From Histomonas meleagridis 2922-C6/04-290x (lineage: Eukaryota > Protista > Parabasalia): a stretch of 64,000 bases of DNA. This document shows positions 44,221 through 55,221 of the stretch, in pieces. Where the stretch lies: contig JAANOX010000055.1 of NCBI GenBank assembly GCA_020184695.1, positions 186,001 through 250,000 of the forward strand, read 5' to 3'. The position numbers and the translations under genes are program-made. How positions within the stretch are numbered: position 1 is the stretch's first letter; every line of letters starts with the position of its first letter. The notes beneath the pieces are model-generated. The model was given only the letters and a program-made list of their open reading frames with translations. It searched no databases and was not told the origin of the DNA.

Positions 44221-47200
44221 ATGGAAAACAAAGAATTTTTATTCCATCACTCGAAGTACAGAGAACAAGCATATTACCTAAAAGGAGTCTATGTAAAGAA
44301 GGAAATAGAATTTTCGCAACTTTTGATTGCAACTTTAGCACCACAATTCTGTGAATCACCTCATGACATGCTACGTGCTGCTATTCGCTTAGCAAGTTAC
44401 AATGAAACACTGAATCAAGGTGGTAAAAATGGGAAAATTATTGCTACTTGCAAAAACATCAGTTTTTGCCAAAATATTGCAATTTCTCGAAGCAAACATC
44501 GGCGCTATGTCAAGCCTCTTCATTTTTTGATTATGCCAACTCTCCAATTTGATAGTTCTAAAATCGAATTTTCAATAGATAAAATCATAAATTTTTTAAG
44601 AAAAAAAACAAAAGGACGCAGCACCCTTGCTCAATTGAAATCTGTGATTGATAAAATATGCGAAAATTCAGCTATTGAAATTCATGATAGATATCATAAA
44701 GTCAAAAATCTTCTTATTTCTGAACATTTAGAACCATTTCGGAAATCATGTAATAGCATTCCTATTTCATATGATTTTACACGACCAATTTCTTCAATTA
44801 AAACAAAATATCCTATTTACACACATTGTGTGTGCAGTAGTAATACACATTTATTTGTTTTAAATAATAAAAAAAATTTATTAGTTCATAAAATTTATAA
44901 TGGAATCATTTATAAACCAGAAAAAATCAAATTAAATAATTTAGATATTGATGATAAAACAATTATGTTTTGTTCTCTTTTACATTTATATATTAAAACT
45001 AAAACTAAAGTATATCAATTTAAATTATGTGATTTTTATGTACTAGATAAAAATTTACAACCAACCGAAGCAAAAGAAGACGAATTTAAAAATATTATAG
45101 CTGCATGTTCAGATGGGTCAACATATTTATTGTTTAATGAAGACAATTCAATTACATATTCCAGTGAAAAATTTCAAAAAAATATCAAATTTCCATTTAA
45201 AAATGCTTTTGAAAAAGAAAATAAAAATTTAATTTATTTAACAAATGGAATGATAATATCTGTTATGAATAAAAATGGAAGTTCTGTTATTACATCTTTA
45301 TTAGATGGAACAAATTCAACTACGAAATGTTCATTTAAAGAAATAAATGGCGAAATTGAATCAGCAACAATTAATTCATATCATGAAGTTATATTTGTTT
45401 CAACAAATGTTAATGGGAAACATATAATTTCTTCTTATTCTTGCAAAGGTGCTACAAATGTTTTATTAAATGACTATTATTTCCAAAGGATCAATAACAA
45501 AGATATAAATGAATCTTTTGATCAAATTCTTTTTTATAATATGTTAAATTTATCTTTTTCACGTTCTATTCCTGAATCATTAATTGTAAAAAGTGATGAT
45601 GAATTAATTAAATTTACCAAATTTATCATTGATATTAAACCAAAAAATAAACTTTTGAAAGGACTTCTTCTTCTTTTAGATTTGAATTTAACGAAATATC
45701 ATAATGAAATTGCGGCACAAATTATTAAACCATTTTTAATTAATCGTCTTAATATATCAAATAAAGAAATGAAAAACATAATTTTTGGAGTAATTATGAA
45801 TAATGTTGACTTGTTTTACGAAACACAAACAAGTGAATTTCTATTTTTATTTTCAGAAATCATTGCAAATAATGAAGAAGCAAATAAATATTCTTCTTTT
45901 TTAGATTGGGCACTTCGACAATTTTGGTATTCATCACTTGCATCTAAGATAATTATAGATGATGAATTTCTCGAAAATTTATTTGGTGCATATTGGCAAA
46001 ATAAATCAGTATATGATGATTGTTGGTTATTTGATTATATTCTTATTTGCCAAGAAAACTTTATTGACTCTGCTGTAGAAGTTGTTGAAGAAGATCCAAT
46101 GAACATAAACAATTCATTTATAATTGATGATATATGTGCATACAGTAATATGTTATATGAAGAATTTTCTAAATGGTTATTTGATTTCGTTATTTTAGAT
46201 AAAAATATTGTTGATTCTAATAAGATTATATATAATTTATTTATTAATTTTATTGCTCTTGCTCCTCCGTTACTTTCTTCATTTAGAATTGCAAATGTTA
46301 TAGCAAATTATAAAGCTCAAGTTATATTAGAAATATGTGAAATTTTAGATTTTTCCAAGAATGTTTATCTTATCATCTATTTTTTAATGATTTATATCTC
46401 TGCTATATCATGTTTAATTAGTGGTGGTGGTGTTTATCAATGCGAAATAGATTATTCTTGGTTAATTAAAACTAATTACGAAAAATCTAATATTGAAATT
46501 AATATACCAGAATATGATGAAAATATTAATTATATTAATTTAATAAAAAATCAAAAAATTAAACAATTTATTGAAAATGATTTAGATAAATTAATTAATT
46601 TTCTTCAAAAGAAAATTCAAAAATTTAATATTAAACAAATGAAATGGATTGGTATTATACTTTTAATTGTAGTATTAAACCAAACAAATCTTTTTAATGT
46701 TTTTCTCCAAGAAAGTTCTAAAAATAATATAACTAAAGAAATGAGTTCTATTGTTTCATGGGTAATAACAGAATGTAATTATATTATTCGAATTAAGCAA
46801 AAAGGAGATATTAAAAATTTAAATCAACTTCTAATGAATATGTTTACATTAATTGAACTTAATCCATCTTTTCCTGATTTTTCAGCAAATATAAATAAAC
46901 AAGATGAATATTTGAAAAATCTTGAAGTTTTCATTCGTAAAAATGACCCTATTTTATTTTTTAAAGTCATAAAATTGTTGCCAAAAAGAATTGATGGCAT
47001 TATGGATGGATTCAAAAAGATTTATCAAAATACTTATAGTGAATATTCAAGGTTTTTAATAGAAGGACTAGTAAAAAATGAATCATATCAAAGACTTGAT
47101 TATTTGTTATCTTTAAAAGAATTTAATAATGAAGAACTTTCAATACTTCAAATGTTTTCTAATTTCTTAAAGGATTTGATTAAAAATTATCAATTTTATC

Positions 47201-50200
47201 CAAGTTTAGAAGCTTTGTTTACAATTCTTGGAACTTGTAAAAGTTTACATGATTTTGCAATTGAAAAATTAAAATTTTTAATTAAGAAACTTCATATAAA
47301 AGAAAATTCTGCAATAAGATTTACAATTATTGGGTTAGCAATTGAAACAGGTACAATACTCGAAGATCTTTATCAACCTGGTAAATGTAAATTTTTTAAA
47401 ATTTTGGCTTTTAATTACGATGATAAAGTATTTGCTAAATGTGACGCCAAATATATTCTTAATAAAATCTTTGGAATAAAAAATTGGAAAAAAAATATGT
47501 CTTTAGTAAAACTTGTTTTTGATATTTTAAAGAATAAAAATTTAAATCCCGATGAACGTTCATATTATTTAAGGAATTTAATGAAAATTGATGATTCTAT
47601 GATAGAGAATTACTTTAGATATTATACAAATGCACTTTTTATTTACTCATTTCGAAATTTATTAAATCAAGATTCTGAAGTATCAGAAATGGCAAGAGCA
47701 TTTTTATATTCAATTACAAATGAAGCTTCAAAGAAAGAAATAATACTTCTCTTTGCTATTATTGCTGCTGATGGAACAGAACTTGATGATCCATTTGTAT
47801 TCCGAAATGAAGAAGGAAATTGGTTAAATTGTAAGTATAATGAAGAATTTTATTTAAAATGTGTGAAAGTTCCAATAAATCCACATAGTAAACTTATTCC
47901 TTTGGCAGATAAAAAGATTTATGAAACAATTCAATGGGAAGAACTTCAATTAGAAAAATCAATTGATCTTGACGCGATTTTATCATTCTGGGATAAATGT
48001 ATGAAACCTAATAGAACATTTTTAAATAAATTATATATCCAAGCATTAATTCGTTATATATCAGAAAAAAAGATTTGTATAAATACAGAAAAATTTAAAC
48101 AAATTGCTCTGACAGCAAAACCATTTACTGATTATTATATGTATTGTTTCAGGAAAAATAATGTTAAGGAAAAATTTATTCATTGGAAATCATTGCCAAG
48201 TGATAATGATTTTATATGTAAAATTAAACAAAATGATTGGTGTCATTTATTTCTAATCAATTTTGTGCTTCTATCTGTTAATAGCTTAAATATTGAATGG
48301 AAAGGCAAAGGTTATATTCACCTTAGAAATAAAAATGATGTTTATATAGAGTTACCATCAGGAAGAATATGTGGAACAGATCAAAAAATTTCTTTTGAAG
48401 GCTTTATTATTATTGAATATATAAAACAAAATAATATTATTAATATTAATGGATTCCAATATTATACTGATATCACTAATGCTTTTTTGGAATTTATAAT
48501 TGATTCTTTTGATAATATTGATATTCAGGTAATTAAACATAAATATGATGATGATGATATTTATGAAATTATTCAAAATGAAACAATAAAATATTCGAGT
48601 AATGTTCAATTTATAGGTGGGGTATTAAACATTAATGAGAATATATCAATAAATGATAGAAAAGCCAAAAATTCATTATATTGTAAAGATGCAGATTTGA
48701 TGCAAATTGATTTTATGAAAGAAATAACTTTATCAAGAAGTACATATTTTTACATGCAAAGAAATAATTTGATTGAAATGCGCGATCAATTAAAAAGTGT
48801 TTTAATTGCATTAGCTATTTTATATGGTAATGATATAATTGACAAAACAATACAATTATCATTTATAAGATCTGCCGTCGTATCACTTATAGGATCAGAA
48901 AAAACAAAAATTGGAAACGATAAATTCCCATATGAACTTGATTTGGGATTTTTCAATTATTGTTCTAGTGGTTTACTTCAAAACAAGAACTTTCAATTTA
49001 TATTTCTTGCTGCAAATAAACTTATTAAAAATGAAGAATTTATGGATTTGCTCGGAAAAGAACTTGTAGAAATGGCTGGTGATTATAAATATCATAACCT
49101 TCTTTATAAAAGCGAATTAGTATTTATATCAAATAATGAAGTAAATAATTTCCAACCAATGGAAAATGATTATGTAATAACATTTTCTGATGGTTCAAAA
49201 GGAAAAATTAAAATTGATAATAGTGGGAAATGGATTGTTGATACGCCACTTATATTTTTACTTTTATTATGGATTTATATTGAATATTCTACTACTTCAA
49301 AGCAAAGGCTTTATGCAAAACGTGCATTAATTGATTGTTGGATTATAGATTCCCCAATGATAAAGAAATTTTTACCTGAATTCCTTTCATATATGCAAAG
49401 GAAATTAGATTTTTTACCAAATGATTATGATCATAATCAAACTTATATTAGTCATTTAACTTGGCTCTCAAATAATAATCAAAATAATATGCAATTAAAT
49501 ATATTCTTGAATACTGAAAAACAAATGATGAATATGAATACATTTTCACAATTATGTTTCTATAAAAATGATGTTTTAGATATCGAATTAGTTAAAGAGA
49601 ATATGAAACCAAATGTTTTGCTTAATATTATTCATTTGATGAAACATTATAATAGTTCAAATAATTTCACATTTTGGGATTTTTATGCTATTTATGAAGC
49701 AATAACAAAATGTACAAGATATATCTTATGTAAAAAAGAAGAATGTCCTTTTGAAGTTAATAATAATAAAATTAAAATTACAAATCCAACTAAAGAAACA
49801 GTTTTATTTATAATAACATTTAGTTGTTCACATGAAATTAAAACAATAATAACTGATGATGAAAATAATATCGAAAATGCTGAACAAGTTTCATCTAAAA
49901 CAAATAATAAAAAACAAATTATTGAATATATTTTGAATCCAAATAATATTAAATATATAATTTTGGATTCAAATGAAATAGAAAATATTAATATTAAAGC
50001 ATATCAAATTCTAAATAATAATGAAGAAGAAGATGCAAATGAATTTCAAAATTGTATTCAGAAGTTTGCAGTTGATTGGAAAAATGAAGACACAGATGAA
50101 TTACTTATGCAATGTTCGACATTTGATTTTGCTACAGAAGATTTTAATGCATTTAAATTCAAAACACTTGAAATGAAAAAGTTAATAAATAATTTTGGAA

Positions 50201-51501
50201 TTATTACTGTGCAATGTAAAGCTGCTTGTATATATCTTATTAATTCATTGTATACACAACTTAATAATAATAAAAATAGAAATGATTTGGATGAAGAAAT
50301 GTTAAAAATAATCAAAGAGAATTCGTATTTGTTACAATATAAAAATCGATTTTCTATTTTCAATATTTCACGTGATATAGATCCAAAAAATCAAATTTTA
50401 TATCGAATGTTTTTAATGCATAAACTAATTTTCGATGCAAATAAAGCATTAAGCTTCTCAACTGGTAACTCAAATAATATTAAAGATAGTATGATATATC
50501 AATTTTCGAAAGGGATTAAGCAATATGAATTACGATATAAATTAACTATTTGGGGAATTGGCTTTAAAAATGAAAGTGCTTTAGATTTAGGAGGTGTAAC
50601 ATATCAAACGATAATGTTAGCAGCAGATTCATTTTTAAATATTAAAACAGGATTATGTATTTTTGCTCCTAATTTTTCGATGAACTCGACAATATATGAA
50701 GTAATTCCATATCCTACGAATTCTGATAAAGATGTCGAAAATATGTTTTATGCATTTGGCGCAATATTAGGTTCAATAATTCGATTATCATTACCACAAA
50801 ATATTCGATTTCCATATTTTGTTTGGAAGTTTTTAGCAGGAAAACCTATCACAATGAATGATGTATATGAAAGCGACGTAAGTTTAAAGATTCGAATTGA
50901 TGACATGCGTGAAAACATAAATCATTTTAAATATTTTTGGGAATATATTGATTGGGATCATTCAACTAAGAAAATTAATGGATTTCCGAATGATAAACCA
51001 ATTGATGAAGAGTTCATTGATGTATATGAAAGAATTGTAATTAATTTGAGAATTAAATCAATTGAGAAATGGCTTTTATTGATTCGAAATGGATTTTATT
51101 ATAATCAGTCGATTACTGATCCAACATTATTAAGTGGAGGATTACTTAAATATTTATGTTGTGCGGATATACTCGACACAAAAGGAATTATCGAACATTT
51201 GGAATTTATAAACGAAACTGAAAAACTCAAAAATTTCTTCATTAAAATTTTGGAAGAATTCGATCAAGAAAAGATGAAAAATTTCTTAATTTTCACAATC
51301 GCACAGCCTTCGCATCCCAATTTTAATGATTTCCCGACATTTACTATAAAAGTTGAGTTTACAAATGGGGACTTGGTACGATTCCCTACTTCATCAACAT
51401 GCGCACAAACGATACAATTACCAAAATATGAAACAATCGAAGACATGAGAAATAAACTCGAAAAAGCAATCAATAATTGTGTCGAAATGGAAAATGGGTA
51501 A
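44221..51501 (+). CDS. Large HECT-domain E3 ubiquitin ligase
   Basis: C-terminal FKNESALDLGG, FYAFGAILG..IR, FPYFVWKFL and FPTSSTCAQTIQLPKY with the catalytic Cys; 2426-aa uninterrupted frame. Confidence 0.9.
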   Translation: MENKEFLFHHSKYREQAYYLKGVYVKKEIEFSQLLIATLAPQFCESPHDMLRAAIRLASYNETLNQGGKNGKIIATCKNISFCQNIAISRSKHRRYVKPLHFLIMPTLQFDSSKIEFSIDKIINFLRKKTKGRSTLAQLKSVIDKICENSAIEIHDRYHKVKNLLISEHLEPFRKSCNSIPISYDFTRPISSIKTKYPIYTHCVCSSNTHLFVLNNKKNLLVHKIYNGIIYKPEKIKLNNLDIDDKTIMFCSLLHLYIKTKTKVYQFKLCDFYVLDKNLQPTEAKEDEFKNIIAACSDGSTYLLFNEDNSITYSSEKFQKNIKFPFKNAFEKENKNLIYLTNGMIISVMNKNGSSVITSLLDGTNSTTKCSFKEINGEIESATINSYHEVIFVSTNVNGKHIISSYSCKGATNVLLNDYYFQRINNKDINESFDQILFYNMLNLSFSRSIPESLIVKSDDELIKFTKFIIDIKPKNKLLKGLLLLLDLNLTKYHNEIAAQIIKPFLINRLNISNKEMKNIIFGVIMNNVDLFYETQTSEFLFLFSEIIANNEEANKYSSFLDWALRQFWYSSLASKIIIDDEFLENLFGAYWQNKSVYDDCWLFDYILICQENFIDSAVEVVEEDPMNINNSFIIDDICAYSNMLYEEFSKWLFDFVILDKNIVDSNKIIYNLFINFIALAPPLLSSFRIANVIANYKAQVILEICEILDFSKNVYLIIYFLMIYISAISCLISGGGVYQCEIDYSWLIKTNYEKSNIEINIPEYDENINYINLIKNQKIKQFIENDLDKLINFLQKKIQKFNIKQMKWIGIILLIVVLNQTNLFNVFLQESSKNNITKEMSSIVSWVITECNYIIRIKQKGDIKNLNQLLMNMFTLIELNPSFPDFSANINKQDEYLKNLEVFIRKNDPILFFKVIKLLPKRIDGIMDGFKKIYQNTYSEYSRFLIEGLVKNESYQRLDYLLSLKEFNNEELSILQMFSNFLKDLIKNYQFYPSLEALFTILGTCKSLHDFAIEKLKFLIKKLHIKENSAIRFTIIGLAIETGTILEDLYQPGKCKFFKILAFNYDDKVFAKCDAKYILNKIFGIKNWKKNMSLVKLVFDILKNKNLNPDERSYYLRNLMKIDDSMIENYFRYYTNALFIYSFRNLLNQDSEVSEMARAFLYSITNEASKKEIILLFAIIAADGTELDDPFVFRNEEGNWLNCKYNEEFYLKCVKVPINPHSKLIPLADKKIYETIQWEELQLEKSIDLDAILSFWDKCMKPNRTFLNKLYIQALIRYISEKKICINTEKFKQIALTAKPFTDYYMYCFRKNNVKEKFIHWKSLPSDNDFICKIKQNDWCHLFLINFVLLSVNSLNIEWKGKGYIHLRNKNDVYIELPSGRICGTDQKISFEGFIIIEYIKQNNIININGFQYYTDITNAFLEFIIDSFDNIDIQVIKHKYDDDDIYEIIQNETIKYSSNVQFIGGVLNINENISINDRKAKNSLYCKDADLMQIDFMKEITLSRSTYFYMQRNNLIEMRDQLKSVLIALAILYGNDIIDKTIQLSFIRSAVVSLIGSEKTKIGNDKFPYELDLGFFNYCSSGLLQNKNFQFIFLAANKLIKNEEFMDLLGKELVEMAGDYKYHNLLYKSELVFISNNEVNNFQPMENDYVITFSDGSKGKIKIDNSGKWIVDTPLIFLLLLWIYIEYSTTSKQRLYAKRALIDCWIIDSPMIKKFLPEFLSYMQRKLDFLPNDYDHNQTYISHLTWLSNNNQNNMQLNIFLNTEKQMMNMNTFSQLCFYKNDVLDIELVKENMKPNVLLNIIHLMKHYNSSNNFTFWDFYAIYEAITKCTRYILCKKEECPFEVNNNKIKITNPTKETVLFIITFSCSHEIKTIITDDENNIENAEQVSSKTNNKKQIIEYILNPNNIKYIILDSNEIENINIKAYQILNNNEEEDANEFQNCIQKFAVDWKNEDTDELLMQCSTFDFATEDFNAFKFKTLEMKKLINNFGIITVQCKAACIYLINSLYTQLNNNKNRNDLDEEMLKIIKENSYLLQYKNRFSIFNISRDIDPKNQILYRMFLMHKLIFDANKALSFSTGNSNNIKDSMIYQFSKGIKQYELRYKLTIWGIGFKNESALDLGGVTYQTIMLAADSFLNIKTGLCIFAPNFSMNSTIYEVIPYPTNSDKDVENMFYAFGAILGSIIRLSLPQNIRFPYFVWKFLAGKPITMNDVYESDVSLKIRIDDMRENINHFKYFWEYIDWDHSTKKINGFPNDKPIDEEFIDVYERIVINLRIKSIEKWLLLIRNGFYYNQSITDPTLLSGGLLKYLCCADILDTKGIIEHLEFINETEKLKNFFIKILEEFDQEKMKNFLIFTIAQPSHPNFNDFPTFTIKVEFTNGDLVRFPTSSTCAQTIQLPKYETIEDMRNKLEKAINNCVEMENG

Positions 51502-51599
51502 AATTTTAATGTTTTTTATCTATCTAAATAAACGAAAAAATTATATTTCAAACAGAATAATGTTTATAGATGTGAAACATTCTTAGATTCCGCAAACAT

Positions 51600-53213
51600 T
51601 TAATTTTCTTCACCATCTTTTTCGTCATTTTCTTCTTCATTTTCATTTGTTACTTTACTTTTATCTGTTTCATCGCTTTCATTTATTTCTTTGCTACGTT
51701 CGATGATATTGTTTTCATTAATATGATCTGTCGAATCACTTTCGCTCATTTCGTCGTTGTGGATGCTTTCGATTATTATGTTTTCGTCGTCGGATTTGTT
51801 TTCGTTCTCCATGATGTCAGTCGATATTATCGAAAGCGTTTCCGCAGTCGATGCCTCATAGCTACTCGGCGCTAATATACTGTTTTCGGAGAGCGCCAAC
51901 GCGGACAAGTTATCCGTCGGCTGCGAGAACAGAGCGCTTGCGGACGTGATTGAGAACTGAGACTCGATGTGTCTTAATTGATGTTCTTCATTTGTATCTT
52001 TTTCGTTTTCTTCTTCTTTTGTCTTCGACATTATTTCGAAGTTTCGACTTATTACATATACTGCGCATTCCATCGCTTTCGTTTGTATTGTCTTGAGATT
52101 CATTACGAGTTTCTTCATTGCATATGTAAATGTATGTGGACTCTTTCGATCGTAAATATAACTTTCGCCCGAAATTTTCGACGTCTTTAAGTCAATGTCA
52201 TTCGGAACAGAGAAATTCGCATTCATCTTACATAAGTCCCAAAATAAGCGATGGCATGCCTTAAACAATAGCTTGGTCGCTTCTTTGAAGCTCGAAATCG
52301 TTTTATTTACTTTAAGTTTTTGTGATGTGAAAACATCACTGATTCCTTTGTTGTTAATGTAATGGATTTCTGTGGTCAAATTAAACTCGGGAATGGGTGA
52401 AGAAACAACTTTGCCAATGACTTGAAGAAGTTGAATCAGTAAATAAAGGCCGCGATCAAATTCATCGGGTGATACAATATCTGGTGTATTGGTACCAAGA
52501 CGATTCCCATTAATGGTGGCATAATGGCGACAAGTGGAAAGATAAAATGTTGAGCTTAACATTATTGAGCCAAAACCCCAATCGCAATCACTTTTGGAAT
52601 CTGTATTGATTTCAGTGGATGCTGTTTGATTGATGTGAGATTGAGCATGTGGTGGAATTGGTGGCAGTGGGAATTTAAACGCATCAGGTTTCTTCATTTT
52701 GATTTGATTACTGGCATTAACTTCTAGAAGTGGTGAAAGTTGAGATTCGATCTCATTCATTGTTTTATTGAGAAACACTTCTGACTCTTGAGTAATGGAA
52801 TTGCTCTTTAAGTTTTTGCTTTTTTCTGTAAAAAATGAAACTTTCGATTTTAATAATCTGCTTAAAAAAAATGCACACTTTTGACAAATAGGAAACTCAT
52901 TAAATCCTTCAACCTCAGTAAATGCAACTAAGTTTTCGAAACTTGGCTTTTTCTCCCAATTTGTATAATCTTGAATTACAAGTTCGATTTCATGTTCTAC
53001 GCTAATGTCTTTAATTGGACCTTGTTGGTGAGTTGTAGATTTTCTTTTTGTTTGATCTGGTTTTGGATCTAAAACATTTGGCGAAAGAAATGAAATATTT
53101 TTACAATGTTTACAAACAAACATAATTTTTTCTCCTGGCTCTTGTAAAAATATTTCTAGGTTACGGGGTTTCTGGTTATAAGCTAATGTTGAAAAACGCT
53201 TGGTTCGATTCAT
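51600..53213 (-). CDS. Beclin-1/Atg6/Vps30-like protein with acidic C-terminal extension
   Basis: N-terminal CKHC...PICQKC, HYATINGNRLG (Atg6 xTINGxRLG), EFDRGLYLLIQLL, FTYAMKKLVMNLK. Confidence 0.7.
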   Translation of the reverse strand: MNRTKRFSTLAYNQKPRNLEIFLQEPGEKIMFVCKHCKNISFLSPNVLDPKPDQTKRKSTTHQQGPIKDISVEHEIELVIQDYTNWEKKPSFENLVAFTEVEGFNEFPICQKCAFFLSRLLKSKVSFFTEKSKNLKSNSITQESEVFLNKTMNEIESQLSPLLEVNASNQIKMKKPDAFKFPLPPIPPHAQSHINQTASTEINTDSKSDCDWGFGSIMLSSTFYLSTCRHYATINGNRLGTNTPDIVSPDEFDRGLYLLIQLLQVIGKVVSSPIPEFNLTTEIHYINNKGISDVFTSQKLKVNKTISSFKEATKLLFKACHRLFWDLCKMNANFSVPNDIDLKTSKISGESYIYDRKSPHTFTYAMKKLVMNLKTIQTKAMECAVYVISRNFEIMSKTKEEENEKDTNEEHQLRHIESQFSITSASALFSQPTDNLSALALSENSILAPSSYEASTAETLSIISTDIMENENKSDDENIIIESIHNDEMSESDSTDHINENNIIERSKEINESDETDKSKVTNENEEENDEKDGEEN

Positions 53214-53686
53214 AACATACTTAACGTTCTCCTGTTTTTGTCCACAGTCAAATATTTGAAAAGGTTAGATTTTGAAACATTTACAAAAAAATTATGGTGA
53301 TAAAATTACTTTTTTTGCCAATTTATAATTTTTTGAAAAGAAAAATTTATTAATATGCCTCAAGTTATACAAAAGCTTTACTAATAGTATCACTAGTAAA
53401 TAAATAATACTCGGTTCTTTATGATTGTTTTCAAAAAATTTAAAGATAATTGTGATCTATTGAATATAAGCATCCATGTTTTTGAGAAAAAAAAAAAAAA
53501 AAAGTGTGATCATTTTTATTAATAAGTTTTTCAGAATAACAATAAACAAAAAGAATATTTAATAGTTTATCAAATAATTAATAAATATTCCTTATATTTA
53601 CTTTAGTTATTTTCAACTGTTAAATGCTTTTCCTTATAAAAACATCAAATTTAAACATTTAAATTTTTTATTAATTGCGCCATAAC

Positions 53687-54997
53687 TTAATATAATTGCA
53701 TAGGAAGGTATCCTTGGTAGTACAAAGAAGCCTTGAACGATATTTGGAACACGAACACTCCGTTATGGAAACTGCTTTGGAATCCGCCGTTTCGATACAC
53801 GTCCCACTTTTTATCGACAATCCTAAACGCTATAGGCAGATACGGAGGCCCTGCGTCGAATACAATCGCAGTGTATCTGTATCTGTTGTCCGCTTTCGTA
53901 GTGCAATATTTTATTAAATCGGGCTGCAAGTTGAAACTTGGCGCCTTATTCTTGTTAACCAAGCTCGGATAGAAGATTCGGAACCGATAACCTCTGACTG
54001 TGGCCTCTGGCAAATTATCAAGATTAAATCTTTTTCGATTATGCTCATTCCAATCATGGCCCATATAAACAATAGCCTCATATTCCGGTAACGTCATTTT
54101 GTTGTTTGCATTTATAAGCTTTTGGTAATCAATTTCAATAATGTCATTAAATTCACGTTCTTCATCACCCCAATACTGGAGACCTTCGATCTCGTCAGTT
54201 TGAGTTCGATTGGCGCTTCGTGATTCTATTTTGAGCATGTGTCGGGTGTCGAAATATTGTTTAGCAATTTTGTTTAAAAGATTGTTTCCGTTCTCTTGTT
54301 GAAGAACTCGAGCACGGAAGCGTCGTTGTGCCTTAGTATACATTGTGATATCACCTTCTGGTACTTCAATAAGATCTCGATGTGGCAAAATTTCGAGATA
54401 TTTCTTAAGTAGTGCTTTATGATAATTGTCAAACCATGAGATTGCTAAGTAAAAGCGTAATTTATGATAAAGTTGTTGATAAAATTCTTGATGATCTTCA
54501 AGATCATTTTTTAAATTGGTTAATAACAAATTACAGCGCATTTCTTTTTCGGCAATTGATACTCCTTTTTGTTGATCATAATTTAATATTTCATTCATCA
54601 TATCTGTTAATAAATTATCTGGATGTTCTTGTAGTTTTTGTTCAAGTATAACAACAATGTATTCCCAATATTTTGTATAAGGGGCAAGTCTTTGTGCCAA
54701 TTCTTTAGTATCTTGAATTTCTTTTTGAGTAATTGGTTTAGGTGTTTTTAAGCCAATAAATTTAGATACACCATCAGGGTTTAAAAGAACATAGCTAGCA
54801 CAAATCAAGGGAAGCTGTGATTCTAATGCGCCTGAATTGATGAAAAATAAATCAAATAAAATCGGTCGATCTTCAGCAATTCTTTTTTGAACACCTCTTA
54901 AAATACGTTTAGTTTCAAATTCTTTTTGGTCAACTTCTCCATCTACATTTGGATTTTGCTGACTATTTTCTTGGATCATTTCTAAGTTAACGGTCAC
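53687..54997 (-). CDS. CACTIN: Cactin-like spliceosome-associated protein
   Basis: GHDWNEHNRKRF..DNLP..TVRGYRFRIFYP.L, FDAGPPY..IAFRIVDKKW and FQSSF.NGVF match the cactin C-terminal domain. Confidence 0.8.
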   Translation of the reverse strand: MTVNLEMIQENSQQNPNVDGEVDQKEFETKRILRGVQKRIAEDRPILFDLFFINSGALESQLPLICASYVLLNPDGVSKFIGLKTPKPITQKEIQDTKELAQRLAPYTKYWEYIVVILEQKLQEHPDNLLTDMMNEILNYDQQKGVSIAEKEMRCNLLLTNLKNDLEDHQEFYQQLYHKLRFYLAISWFDNYHKALLKKYLEILPHRDLIEVPEGDITMYTKAQRRFRARVLQQENGNNLLNKIAKQYFDTRHMLKIESRSANRTQTDEIEGLQYWGDEEREFNDIIEIDYQKLINANNKMTLPEYEAIVYMGHDWNEHNRKRFNLDNLPEATVRGYRFRIFYPSLVNKNKAPSFNLQPDLIKYCTTKADNRYRYTAIVFDAGPPYLPIAFRIVDKKWDVYRNGGFQSSFHNGVFVFQISFKASLYYQGYLPMQLY

Positions 54998-55221
54998 TCC
55001 GACTATTTTCCCAGAAAATTGCGAATCTCATGAAACCCGTAACAAATCCAATCCATTATACAGCAATTCCTTGATGTCAGTGAAAGTCTTTTATTAAAAC
55101 ATTTTATATCTTCAGACTTCTGAAGTTGTAGCAAATGATTGGAAATTCAATAGCAAACGATCGTTTTATATTTAAAATGTCTATCGTTATATTGAAAACA
55201 AAAAAATTAAATTTCAAATTT

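Noticed and set aside
53487-53503. A17 tract as a retro-insertion tail
   Set aside because: No adjacent retro-sequence or target duplication; expected in AT-rich intergenic DNA.
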